Assembly (NCBI GenBank): GCA_016844925.1
Contig: JAERTI010000018.1
Location: forward strand, 1,221-65,220
DNA from: Candidatus Uhrbacteria bacterium
GTDB taxonomy: Bacteria > Patescibacteriota > Patescibacteriia > UBA9934 > GWF2-40-263
Reading direction: 5' to 3'
DNA: 64,000 bases
Shown: positions 29,056 through 39,999 of the stretch, piece by piece
How the letters are laid out: every line of letters begins with the position of its first letter
Position numbering within the stretch: position 1 is the stretch's first letter
The notes under the pieces: model-generated
Told to the model about the DNA's origin: nothing
What the model saw: only the letters and a program-made list of their open reading frames with translations
Databases searched by the model: none
Translations under genes and position numbers: made by a program

Positions 29056-30172
29056 CTACTCGTTATTAGCCTTTTCAAATCGATCTGACTCCTCAAGCCG
29101 CTGACGCAGATACGCTTCCATAAGCGGCTCGAGCTCTCCATCGAGAACAGCTTGTGTATCTGATGTCTCAAAATTTGACCGATGATCTTTCACCATCTTG
29201 TACGGATGCAATACGTACGACCGGATCTGATTCCCCCACTCAGCACTTTGATAATCCCCCCGTAGCGCCTGCTTCTGATCTGCCTGCGCCTGCTCCTGCA
29301 ATTGCTTGAGCTTCGACTTCAGAATCTTCATGGCCGTCTCTTTATTCTGCTGCTGTGACCGTTCGTTCTGACACGAAACGGAAATCTTTGTCGGAATATG
29401 CACGATGCGCACGGCACTATACGTGGTGTTTACACTCTGCCCGCCTTTACCGGAAGACATAAAGGTATCGATACGCAAATCCTTTGGATCGATCTCTATC
29501 TCTTCCACCTGAGCAATCTCCGGAATCACCTCCACAAGGGCAAACGTCGTATGACGCATCTTCTCGGCATCAAACGGCGAAATGCGCACCAGTCGATGTA
29601 CGCCATGCTCACTCTGCAGATACCCATACGCCCAACGTCCATCAACACGAACTGTCACACTCTTGAGTCCCACATCCTGTGCACGCGACTCATCCAAGAC
29701 GGTCACGTCCCAGTCCTTGTCTTCGGCAAAACGTAGAAACATGCGCAAGAGCATCTGCGTCCAGTCCTGCGCCTCTGTCCCTCCGGAACCAGCGTGGATT
29801 GAGAGAATAGCTGGATCTTTGTCGTACTCCCCAGAAAAAAGCGTGGCGAACTCCATCTTTGAAAACTGTTTCTCTTTCACGGAGAGCTTTTCTTGAATAT
29901 CATCATGAAGACTCTCATCTTCTAATTCTGCCAACTCAAGAAGTTCTCCAATCGATGCTTGAAATGTCTCCCAGGTCTCGAGCTCACTGCGCAACCCAGC
30001 CGCTTGCTTACTCACGCGCTTGGCACGATCTTGATCACTCCAGAAGTCTGGCGCAGCCATATCTGCCTCAAGCGTCTTCACCTGTGTCTGTACGGTATCG
30101 AGGTCAAAGTAACCTCCAGGCTTCGCTGACTTTGGCCTGGAGGGCTTGGATTTGATGAATCAATTCTTTCAT
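29056..30172 (-). CDS. prfB: peptide chain release factor 2, expressed through a programmed +1 ribosomal frameshift (22 codons in frame 0, then CUU UGA C, then 349 codons)
   Basis: The 0-frame peptide is MKELIHQIQALQAKVSEAWRLL (ATG at 30172-30170). An SD-like GGAGG precedes CTTTGAC at 30109-30103. The +1 frame then continues as DLDTVQTQVKTLEADMAAPDFW into an RF2 body with the SPF and GGQ motifs. Confidence 0.9.
30101..30120 (-). promoter_or_regulatory. prfB autoregulatory +1 frameshift cassette (internal SD GGAGG, slippery CUU, in-frame UGA, then C)
   Basis: The minus strand reads CCTGGAGGTTACTTTGACCT. Confidence 0.85.
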
Positions 30173-30175
30173 ACC

Positions 30176-30505
30176 TTAGAGCTTCAGGTTCTTTGCGTAC
30201 TTCCCTAGCACGGGCATGTCCCACATCTTTCCCTGCAAGGCGTTTACCATGCCAAGGATAATCAGAATAACGAGAGCCAGCGAACCCAGAGCCCACACAA
30301 CCTGACCGAGCACAGGCACAATATTCCCAACCCAGAGCACGACCCACGCCAAGAGAAGGACAAGCCCCTGCTTACCATGATGCTGCGCAAAGGCGCTTTC
30401 TTTCTTGAGCAAAAGCGGCACAAGACACAAAATCCCGAGATAACCAATGGCCGCAATAAGGCGATCGTCGGGGAGATCTACCTGCGGAGGAAGTTGTTCA
30501 TTCAT
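30176..30505 (-). CDS. small three-to-four-helix membrane protein (DUF4870-like guess)
   Basis: 109 aa with hydrophobic helices. It ends 4 nt before the prfB start. Confidence 0.4.
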   Translation of the reverse strand: MNEQLPPQVDLPDDRLIAAIGYLGILCLVPLLLKKESAFAQHHGKQGLVLLLAWVVLWVGNIVPVLGQVVWALGSLALVILIILGMVNALQGKMWDMPVLGKYAKNLKL

Positions 30506-30580
30506 ACGAGGGGTATGGTAGCAGATTGATGATAGGCCTCAAAGCAAAACAAGGGCTCGATGCCCTTGTTTTGCTTACCT

Positions 30581-32510
<1,930 letters not shown>

Positions 32511-32604
32511 AATGCGTACACACGTTAATAGTTTGAAAAACGACGTTAGCACTCTCACCAGAGGATTGCTAACGTCGCTATTTTTATCGAATTACCTAAT
32601 TCAG

Positions 32605-32844
32605 TCAAGACTCCATTTCTGACTCCGGTGGAAACTCCTGAAGGAGCGCCAAAGCCTCATCTGGTGACTCCATCTGTGCTTGCTCTGCAAGTGCACGAAT
32701 ATGCCCCTCCAGCTCCCTGACAAATTTTTCATCATCAAGAAAATATCCCACCACATCCACCTTGGGCCCACTGTGTACCTTCACTTCTTTCACCAACTCT
32801 TTTGTAATACCCTGCTCTCTCCAAAAATCCTGTCGTTTGTGCAT
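32605..32844 (-). CDS. small hypothetical protein (79 aa)
   Basis: An ORF in operon orientation between the kinase-like gene and groES. No recognisable motif. Confidence 0.3.
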   Translation of the reverse strand: MHKRQDFWREQGITKELVKEVKVHSGPKVDVVGYFLDDEKFVRELEGHIRALAEQAQMESPDEALALLQEFPPESEMES

Positions 32845-32891
32845 GTCATCATGTGGTCGTACAAAATCATAAAGCCATTGAACAAACTCTC

Positions 32892-34160
32892 TTAGCGCCC
32901 CGTCGATGCCACGGTTCTTAAACTCAGCATCGGCATATTCTTTCCGAAACAGATGCGGTGCATAAAAAATTCCCCTTTCGCAATCATATAAAAGACACGG
33001 CGAATAGAACCTTGAGCATCCTTGGGTTTAAACAACCCCAGCAGCTCACCCACACTCACAACCAATGCCCAGTAATCTCGAAGTCGTAAATCAACATCAT
33101 GGCTAGATAATACCTCAGATAATAAGTATCGGGGGGTTCCAGAAAGAGATCGGTCCGCCTCAGCTCGAACAATACCCTTTCGCTCAGCAAGCCCCATATC
33201 AATAACACGCGAAAGGGTCTCTTCGCCATCAACATCGTTTAAAATAATGTTCCCCGGCTTCACATCTTCGTGAACCCAGCCCTTTGCATGCATCTTTCTT
33301 AAGCCGGTAAGAATCGCTCTTGTTGCAAGAGCGATTTTGTACGCTTCTTTCGGATCATCATAACCATCAACCCCTCTCTCACGTTTTTCGGCAAGAACAT
33401 CGCTTGCAGTTCTTCCCTCATGACGCTCCATGATCATCGCTATCCAAACTGTCCCATCCTCTTTGCGAATTGTTTCTGAACCAACAAAATCTCCTGTAGA
33501 CAACGCAGCTGAAATTTCATTATGAAGCATGGTCTTTCGAATCGAAGCTCCCTGACCTTCCCTGTATGTCATAAACTTCACCACACGCCTACGATCCGTT
33601 GGTCCTAAATGAAACACGTCATAAACCTGACCATATGTTCCGCCACCCAAATACTCTCCAACCTCCCATCTTAAACCACAAGCATAAACATAATCTGAGG
33701 CGGCAGGATCCCCATCCTCGTCTACAAACTCGGTCAGATACTCTTCTTTCTCTCGGTGTTCCACCTTCCCATATTCTGGCATGAGATACACCTCTTCCAG
33801 CAACATTTTATTAAACCACTCTTTTTGTGGGCCCTCTGCCTCCAAAGTGCTATCTGCAACAATTCGCTTAACCCACTCCTGATCCGTCAATCCTGTGATG
33901 CGACCTTGTTCACGCACAGACTTGATATGAAGATCCCGTTCAAGTGCCTCCGCATCAGAGGACAACAAATCCTCCTCATCAAAAGATAAGTCTTGATCAC
34001 TAAGTTCAAGCGAACCAAATGTTTTATTTGAAAGGAACGTTTCATTTGTAGACAATCTCCCTCGACGAAACTCTGATCTCATACAAACTATTCCTGCGCC
34101 CATCTGACATAACACCCAAACACCAACGCTGCGAGCGCGAGTCCGGGCCAGAGGGACCAA
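32892..34160 (-). CDS. divergent eukaryotic-like protein kinase domain protein (soluble; possibly atypical or pseudokinase); start uncertain
   Basis: G-loop GGGTYGQVYDV, VVKF lysine, catalytic loop VHEDVKPGNIIL, DMG in place of DFG, and GTPRYLLSEV. Confidence 0.55.
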   Translation of the reverse strand: MVPLARTRARSVGVWVLCQMGAGIVCMRSEFRRGRLSTNETFLSNKTFGSLELSDQDLSFDEEDLLSSDAEALERDLHIKSVREQGRITGLTDQEWVKRIVADSTLEAEGPQKEWFNKMLLEEVYLMPEYGKVEHREKEEYLTEFVDEDGDPAASDYVYACGLRWEVGEYLGGGTYGQVYDVFHLGPTDRRRVVKFMTYREGQGASIRKTMLHNEISAALSTGDFVGSETIRKEDGTVWIAMIMERHEGRTASDVLAEKRERGVDGYDDPKEAYKIALATRAILTGLRKMHAKGWVHEDVKPGNIILNDVDGEETLSRVIDMGLAERKGIVRAEADRSLSGTPRYLLSEVLSSHDVDLRLRDYWALVVSVGELLGLFKPKDAQGSIRRVFYMIAKGEFFMHRICFGKNMPMLSLRTVASTGR

Positions 34161-35353
34161 AGGTAATGATCAAAAAATGAAATGACTAACACTAGTGTAC
34201 CAAGCGAGAGGGCTAACATGCCACCGGGTGAACGCCAGACGTGATGCACAATGACGTCCATGCGATACACCCACACGAGAAACAACAAGAACCCAACCAC
34301 CCCAAGCTCAGCCAGCAGAAGCAAAGGCGTATTGTGAATCGGTTGGTATGACCAAACGGGATGACCAGGGTCCTGAGCTGCGAGCGTGAATGTATAACCA
34401 GCCGGCCCCACCCCGAGCAGCGGTGCTTCTAAAAAGACATCGTCCCAGGTGCTGTACTGACTTACGCGCTCTTCTATGGAAATTGCCTCGACGGGTAGTG
34501 AAGGTGTAAACCGTGCGATCACTTGAGGCCAAAAAGTAACGAGTGCCACCAGAACAGAAGCTAGTCCCACCGTCATGATAGGTATGACCCTTCGGGGAGG
34601 AATGCGTCGAGTCCAAAACATCAAAGCAAGTAACACCAGTAACCCGACCGTTAATCCGAGCCATGCTGAGCGTGAAAAGGTGATCACGAGTGTTGCCCCA
34701 AGAACTCCTGCGACAACAAGACAAAACATCATCTCCTTACGTGATCGAGCAAATCGTGTTAGCCAAACCAGCATTACAACACCAGCAGCAAGGTATCCCC
34801 CAAAAATATTTGGATGAGGGAACGTTCCATATCCACGCAACGTGCGCCCAGCCGCCGTCTCAACCACAGCCACACCGGCGGTCTGCGCGTCTTTTGCCGC
34901 CATGCCAAGGAGTGTGGAATCTGGAGAACTCCCCTGTATCACTTGCCCCCAAGCAATAGACACCGGAACAATCAGCCCCATTAAGAATGCCTGGAGAACA
35001 CGCCGCACACTCGTTCGTTGATCTGTGATGATAAGAAAGAACCCCCCTGCAGCCATGACATGCAGCAACAAGAACCACCCAACTCGATCGATGGCACTAA
35101 ATCCAAGCGAGAAAAATGCCACAGCCATAAGATAGTAAAGCGCCTGGTGCACCCGAGCGACCGGCAATTGAACCTGTGGCCGACCCCGCAGAAGTGCCAC
35201 GAGGATAATGAGTGCTTCAGTGAAATACAAAGCAAATACGCCGTACTGTGAAGGATCCCCTCCCATCAGGGCGCGATCAAAAATTACTTGTGTCTGCCAT
35301 GGCAATAAAAAAACAGCAATGAGAAGCAATGTGCTGGCAAGACGATCTCTCAT
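34088..35353 (-). CDS. O-antigen ligase / Wzy_C-family polytopic membrane protein
   Basis: Roughly 10-12 TM helices. The conserved periplasmic loop TFSRSAWLGLTVGLLVLL follows the Wzy_C pattern. Confidence 0.7.
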   Translation of the reverse strand: MRDRLASTLLLIAVFLLPWQTQVIFDRALMGGDPSQYGVFALYFTEALIILVALLRGRPQVQLPVARVHQALYYLMAVAFFSLGFSAIDRVGWFLLLHVMAAGGFFLIITDQRTSVRRVLQAFLMGLIVPVSIAWGQVIQGSSPDSTLLGMAAKDAQTAGVAVVETAAGRTLRGYGTFPHPNIFGGYLAAGVVMLVWLTRFARSRKEMMFCLVVAGVLGATLVITFSRSAWLGLTVGLLVLLALMFWTRRIPPRRVIPIMTVGLASVLVALVTFWPQVIARFTPSLPVEAISIEERVSQYSTWDDVFLEAPLLGVGPAGYTFTLAAQDPGHPVWSYQPIHNTPLLLLAELGVVGFLLFLVWVYRMDVIVHHVWRSPGGMLALSLGTLVLVISFFDHYLWSLWPGLALAALVFGCYVRWAQE

Positions 35354-36309
35354 AAATGATGGGCTGTAAGTTGCTCAAAACGATCTCGAAACTGTTCTCG
35401 GCGGTCATTGGCATGGAACTTCAACATGTGATCGGTCACCACCACCCGTGTATCCTGATTCGCCAGCTCTTTCAGTCGTACCGGGAGCCGACGTCGTTGC
35501 AAAGAACGAAAGACGGGCTCAAGCAGTCGAGGTTGCCTCACGGGAGCAGGGAGCGATGCGGGTATGTGTCGGTGATGATCTGCACGAGCAAACGCATTCG
35601 GAAGCAATGCTTCGACCCAACGATTCTCTAAGTGGAGCTGGCTCAAGAAGCTCTCCTGATCCATCACGGGCACAAGAGACTTCAGCCAGTACGCCATGTA
35701 CACATCTCTTTCTAGACATACGGATTCCAATTGCAGTGCGTCTCTCGTCGCGAAGAAGCTTAAGCAAAACGGATCGCGTCGACCCGTATGCGGGCGACGA
35801 CCAGAAAGAGCAAAAGGTAAGACTGACCAAAATCGTGACGACCAAATACATCCAGGGTCTGTTACAAGGAACAAATCAATGTCACTCTCCTCATTGGTCC
35901 CCCACCACGCGAGCGTATTCCCCGCTGCCACAGCCCGCACCCCCGGAAGCAGGCGAAACACATGCGCCCACCGTCGAAGCGTCTTAAACTTCCGTTCAGC
36001 ATCTTGAAATCGTTTTTGTCGTTGCTTGATCTGATCTTCAATAAATGCCGACCCCTTAAGGGCATACATCCCTTGCGATCGTTGAATCTTCTTATCAAGA
36101 TATTCACTCTGAGAAAGAACCCGTTGCACCTGCCCCAACTCGTACTTTCCCTCTGGTTGCAAGAGCCACTTGTGAATCTCAAAAGCCGTCACCGGATGCT
36201 GCGTGAGCGAAAACCAAATAAGCGTCCTCACCACCGCCCGCTCCAAATCCGTAGGCATACTCATACCCCCGCATCTTATCGACCTAACCGCCCCCTGTCC
36301 TGTGGACAA
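35350..36309 (-). CDS. hypothetical protein with an N-terminal winged-helix-like segment and a minimal nucleotidyltransferase-fold motif
   Basis: 319 aa. The motif GNTLAWWGTNEESDIDLFLVTD fits the pattern G, 12 residues, then DxD. ATGA overlap with the O-antigen-ligase gene start suggests translational coupling. Confidence 0.35.
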   Translation of the reverse strand: MSTGQGAVRSIRCGGMSMPTDLERAVVRTLIWFSLTQHPVTAFEIHKWLLQPEGKYELGQVQRVLSQSEYLDKKIQRSQGMYALKGSAFIEDQIKQRQKRFQDAERKFKTLRRWAHVFRLLPGVRAVAAGNTLAWWGTNEESDIDLFLVTDPGCIWSSRFWSVLPFALSGRRPHTGRRDPFCLSFFATRDALQLESVCLERDVYMAYWLKSLVPVMDQESFLSQLHLENRWVEALLPNAFARADHHRHIPASLPAPVRQPRLLEPVFRSLQRRRLPVRLKELANQDTRVVVTDHMLKFHANDRREQFRDRFEQLTAHHL

Positions 36310-36350
36310 AAAAATAGACCCTTCAAGTGGTCTATTTTCCTTTCTCGTTG

Positions 36351-37106
36351 TTATTCCGCTGTAGCTTCTCCCTCTTCCTTCTTGTCTCCTCGCATCCGAG
36401 AAAACACAAACTGTTGCTGTAGGATGCTCACAATATTCACCGTCACCCAGTAGAGCGTCAATCCCGCAGGCAATGACGCACCAATCACGATCGTAATCAC
36501 TGGCATGAACATGAGCATCGATTTGTTCATAGAAGCCAGCATCGTCTCATCCTTGGCACCGCCTTTCCCAGCCACCTGCTTAGGAGGTCGCTTGGAAATA
36601 AGCATGCGTGTCTGCATGAACTGGAAGTATCCAGCCAAGACCGCGAGATAGATACTCACCTGAGACAGATCAATGGCCCCGAGGAAGACATGATTAATAC
36701 TTCCTGGGTTTGGCACAAATCCGTAAAGCATGTCGAGTGTCTCAGCGCCGAATCCACCAAGCAGCACACGATACAGCGCGATCAGAATCGGTAGCTGAAT
36801 CAAGACAGGTAGACATGATGAAAGCGGATTCACCTGCTCCTTCTGATACAGCTCCATCATGGCCTTAGCAAGTTCTTCTCGGTCCTCACCATGCTCCTCC
36901 TTAAGCTCTTCAATCTTTGGCTGGAGCGTCTGCAGCGCCTTTTGTGAACGCAGCGACTTACTCATGAGCGGCCAGAGCGCCACCTTGATTAAAATCGTAA
37001 GAGCAATGATGGCAAATCCAATGTCTGCACCCGGGATCACTCCATACAGGAAGATCAACAGGTTAAAGATTGGCTCAATCAAGATCGTTCGAAAAAATTC
37101 TCCCAT
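36351..37106 (-). CDS. yidC: membrane protein insertase YidC (short, monoderm-type)
   Basis: YidC/Oxa1 core motifs: GFAIIALTILIKVALWPL, QPKIEELKEEH and NPLSSCLPVLIQLPILIALY. Confidence 0.85.
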   Translation of the reverse strand: MGEFFRTILIEPIFNLLIFLYGVIPGADIGFAIIALTILIKVALWPLMSKSLRSQKALQTLQPKIEELKEEHGEDREELAKAMMELYQKEQVNPLSSCLPVLIQLPILIALYRVLLGGFGAETLDMLYGFVPNPGSINHVFLGAIDLSQVSIYLAVLAGYFQFMQTRMLISKRPPKQVAGKGGAKDETMLASMNKSMLMFMPVITIVIGASLPAGLTLYWVTVNIVSILQQQFVFSRMRGDKKEEGEATAE

Positions 37107-37108
37107 AA

Positions 37109-38626
37109 TTATTCCTCCGTTTCTTCAGTCTCTTCAGATGAATCTTCCTTGGGTGTCTCTTCTGTCTCTGTTGTCTCTGTGACAGGAGTCTCTTCAGCCT
37201 CCGGCTCAGCCGCAGCAACCTCTTCGTCAGTCTCCTCGACAGCAACCTCTTCAGCTGGTGTCTCTTCGGTCACCTCTTCCGCAGTCTCCTTAGCAGCCTC
37301 CTCTTCAGCCGGAGCTTCTGCTGGAGCCTCCTCGACAACCTCTTCAACTGAAACTTCTTCTGCAGGAGCCTCGGCTGCCACCTCTTCACCTGCAGCAGGC
37401 ACCTCCTCAGCGGAAGCATCCTCTCCTTCAGCCGGAGCAGCTTTTTCTTCGCCCTCCTCTTTTCCTTCTTCGGAAATATTAATCTTCCAGCCTGTAAGTC
37501 GAGCCGCGAGTCGGACATTCTGCCCCCCCTTACCAATGGCCAGTGACAACTGATCTTCTTCAACCTTTACAAAGGCAGCTCGCTCCTCTTCCTTCAACTC
37601 AACGGATGTAATCTTGGCTGGTGAAAGAGCGTTGATAATGAAGGTCTCTGCATCATCGCTCCACTCCACAATATCCACCTTTTCTCCACCAAGTTCTCCA
37701 ATAATCGTCTGAATACGGGAACCACGCTGACCAATACAAGCACCGATTGGATCGATGTGGTCATCACTTGTAGAAACCGCAACCTTTGAACGAGAGCCGG
37801 CTTCACGAGCAATCTCTTTGAGCTCTACCAGTCCCTCTTGGATCTCAGGAATCTCAAACTCAAATAACTTGCGGACCATTTCCTCAGAAGTTCGAGAAAG
37901 AAGAATCTCCGGACCCTTAGTGGTAAGACCCACTTCACGAACAAACACCTTGATACGATCACCTGGGTTATAACGCTCGTTTGGATTCTGATCTTCTGGG
38001 CGCATCACACCTGTCGTGCGTCCCATATCTACCAAAACAATGCGGCCCTCGCGACGCTGAACAGTACCCGTAAGAATCTGTCCTTCATGTTCCTTAAACT
38101 CTGAGAACACCACTTCACGCTCAGCCTCACGCAGCTTCTGCGTGATGACCTGTTTGGCGGTCATGGCAGCCATGCGACCAAACTCATCTGGCTCTGGAAG
38201 CTCTGTGCGAATAATGTCATCAATCTTACTTCCCATCTTCAGGACCTGTGCCTGAGAAATCATGATGTCCGTCTTGGGGTTAAATCGTGGCCCCATGTCA
38301 TCCTCAATCGTGATCGCCGGGATCTGCTCACCCTTTGCGCGAGCCTCCTTGATCTGCTCAGCCAGAGCCTCGGCGCGCTCCTTGCGCTCCTCCTCGAGCT
38401 TCTCGAGCTCCTCAAGATCCACATCCTCAACAACAGTTTTCACATCAAAGACCTTTGACTCTGCCGTAGCGGGATCAAATTCAACTTCAATGTTCTGATT
38501 CTTATCACCGAAATCCTTTCGGTAAGCGGCTGCGAGTGCTGACTGGATCGCATCGATCACAGACTCAAACGCGAGGCCTTTTTCCTCACAAATTTGCCGA
38601 ATGGCTTGTTCAATGGGAGATGCCAT
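37109..38626 (-). CDS. nusA: transcription termination/antitermination factor NusA with an acidic E/A/T-rich C-terminal tail
   Basis: NusA N-terminal domain, S1 domain and tandem KH domains (GACIGQRGSRIQ and IGKGGQNVRLAARLTGW). The last roughly 110 aa are low-complexity E/A/T. Confidence 0.9.
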   Translation of the reverse strand: MASPIEQAIRQICEEKGLAFESVIDAIQSALAAAYRKDFGDKNQNIEVEFDPATAESKVFDVKTVVEDVDLEELEKLEEERKERAEALAEQIKEARAKGEQIPAITIEDDMGPRFNPKTDIMISQAQVLKMGSKIDDIIRTELPEPDEFGRMAAMTAKQVITQKLREAEREVVFSEFKEHEGQILTGTVQRREGRIVLVDMGRTTGVMRPEDQNPNERYNPGDRIKVFVREVGLTTKGPEILLSRTSEEMVRKLFEFEIPEIQEGLVELKEIAREAGSRSKVAVSTSDDHIDPIGACIGQRGSRIQTIIGELGGEKVDIVEWSDDAETFIINALSPAKITSVELKEEERAAFVKVEEDQLSLAIGKGGQNVRLAARLTGWKINISEEGKEEGEEKAAPAEGEDASAEEVPAAGEEVAAEAPAEEVSVEEVVEEAPAEAPAEEEAAKETAEEVTEETPAEEVAVEETDEEVAAAEPEAEETPVTETTETEETPKEDSSEETEETEE

Positions 38627-38727
38627 AATAGGTGCTTTTAAAGCTTTAACTCCTAGCCGATAGCGATTAACTAGCAGCTACTTAACAAAGAGACCCGTCA
38701 TAATAGACAGGTCTTAACGCGTCCAAG

Positions 38728-39174
38728 CTACCAAAATTTCTCCGGAATGTCAATGTCCTCAATGTGCGTCACTGTTGGAGGGGATGTCTCATATTCAACG
38801 GAAATAACATCAATACGCCAAGGTGATTCTTCCAAATGCTTTTGTGCCAAATACGCCTCACCCACCCGCACCAAATGCCCAATCTTCTCCTGTGTCACCG
38901 CCTCTTCTGGATAGCCATAATTACTACTGGCGCGCGCCTTCACCTCAACAAAAACAACCTCGTTGCCGTCCTGGCATACGAGGTCGATTTCTCCGAATGA
39001 TTTTGTAAATTGACGTGCGAGTACGCGGTACCCCTTCTCCTGCAAATACGTAGCCGCCACAGCCTCTGCAGTATTCCCCAGCTGCTTGCGCGGATCCAAC
39101 ATACTAGCGACGCTTTTTCTTTCGACGTTTCTTGCTCTTTGGAAGATAGGCACCCGCTGCTCTTCGGCTTGCAC
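38728..39174 (-). CDS. YraN/UPF0102-family endonuclease-like protein; the true start is probably internal
   Basis: GEIDLV and VVFVEVKAR motifs typical of UPF0102. Confidence 0.65.
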   Translation of the reverse strand: MQAEEQRVPIFQRARNVERKSVASMLDPRKQLGNTAEAVAATYLQEKGYRVLARQFTKSFGEIDLVCQDGNEVVFVEVKARASSNYGYPEEAVTQEKIGHLVRVGEAYLAQKHLEESPWRIDVISVEYETSPPTVTHIEDIDIPEKFW

Positions 39175-39532
39175 TTCGTGCCTTCATGGCAGGAACATCT
39201 TGGCGAACATATCGAACAATGTAGTACGCCCACACCCCAACGATGATCGCCCATACCGGGTACCAGAATCGCGCTCCAAAGAAATGTGCACGCTCATAAC
39301 TAAAGAAGTACAGAAGAATGCCGAGGAGCCCCATGGTGATCAGCAACGTTGAAATCCGTCCGCCAATCTCACGCTTGAAACGATCCTGTTCTTTGCGATC
39401 AGTCACAATACGTCCCACAATCCCGAGGACAAAACACAGAACAAACAAGACAAACAGAATAGTCCCGAGCGTGCCAGTCACCTCAGGTGGCTGTGTGGTG
39501 AACCAATAGGATGGTTGAAAGAAAGTCATCAT
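39104..39532 (-). CDS. hypothetical membrane protein with a basic C-terminal tail
   Basis: 142 aa with about four hydrophobic helices, ending KSKKRRKKKRR. Confidence 0.4.
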   Translation of the reverse strand: MMTFFQPSYWFTTQPPEVTGTLGTILFVLFVLCFVLGIVGRIVTDRKEQDRFKREIGGRISTLLITMGLLGILLYFFSYERAHFFGARFWYPVWAIIVGVWAYYIVRYVRQDVPAMKARSASRRAAGAYLPKSKKRRKKKRR

Positions 39533-39563
39533 ATGAATGAGAGCCTACCAAAGACCGCTACGG

Positions 39564-39833
39564 CTAGCAATGGGTAAGCAAACAGGCGATCGAGCCAAGC
39601 CAGCTGCTAATCACATTGGTGGCAATAGCGGCGCCAATGAACACAAAGGCAATGCCTAAAAGCTTATAAAAAAAGTACGAACCACCAGTGCCGAACTTAT
39701 CTTCTGCAAAGGGCACACGCCCAAACCAGGAGACAACTACCTCGGTTTTACGGACCATAAGGTACCCAACAACCATCACAGCTAGACCAAGGGGAATGCG
39801 TAAAAAGATAGACATATACAGACAGTCTAACAC
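39564..39833 (-). CDS. small hypothetical membrane protein
   Basis: 89 aa with two hydrophobic helices. Confidence 0.3.
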   Translation of the reverse strand: MLDCLYMSIFLRIPLGLAVMVVGYLMVRKTEVVVSWFGRVPFAEDKFGTGGSYFFYKLLGIAFVFIGAAIATNVISSWLGSIACLLTHC

Positions 39834-39880
39834 GCCCTCTTGCCAAGATGCGAGAATACCGTTAGCATACTGATCGCTTA

Positions 39881-39957
39881 GGGCGTTTAGCTCAGTTGGT
39901 TAGAGCGACTCGTTTACACCGAGTAGGCCGGGGGTTCGAATCCCTCAACGCCCACCA
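39881..39957 (+). tRNA. tRNA-Val (anticodon TAC)
   Basis: GGGCGTTTAGCTCAGTTGG, then anticodon loop TTTACAC, then GGTTCGAATCC and CCA. Cloverleaf features were read by eye. Confidence 0.9.
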
Positions 39958-39960
39958 AAA

Positions 39961-39990
39961 AACACCAGCAGTTTCGCTGGTGTTTTTTGT
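39961..39990. terminator. intrinsic terminator after tRNA-Val; also downstream of the convergent minus-strand membrane-protein gene
   Basis: 9-bp stem AACACCAGC/GCTGGTGTT followed by TTTTTGTTG. Confidence 0.7.
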
Positions 39991-39999
39991 TGTGTATAG

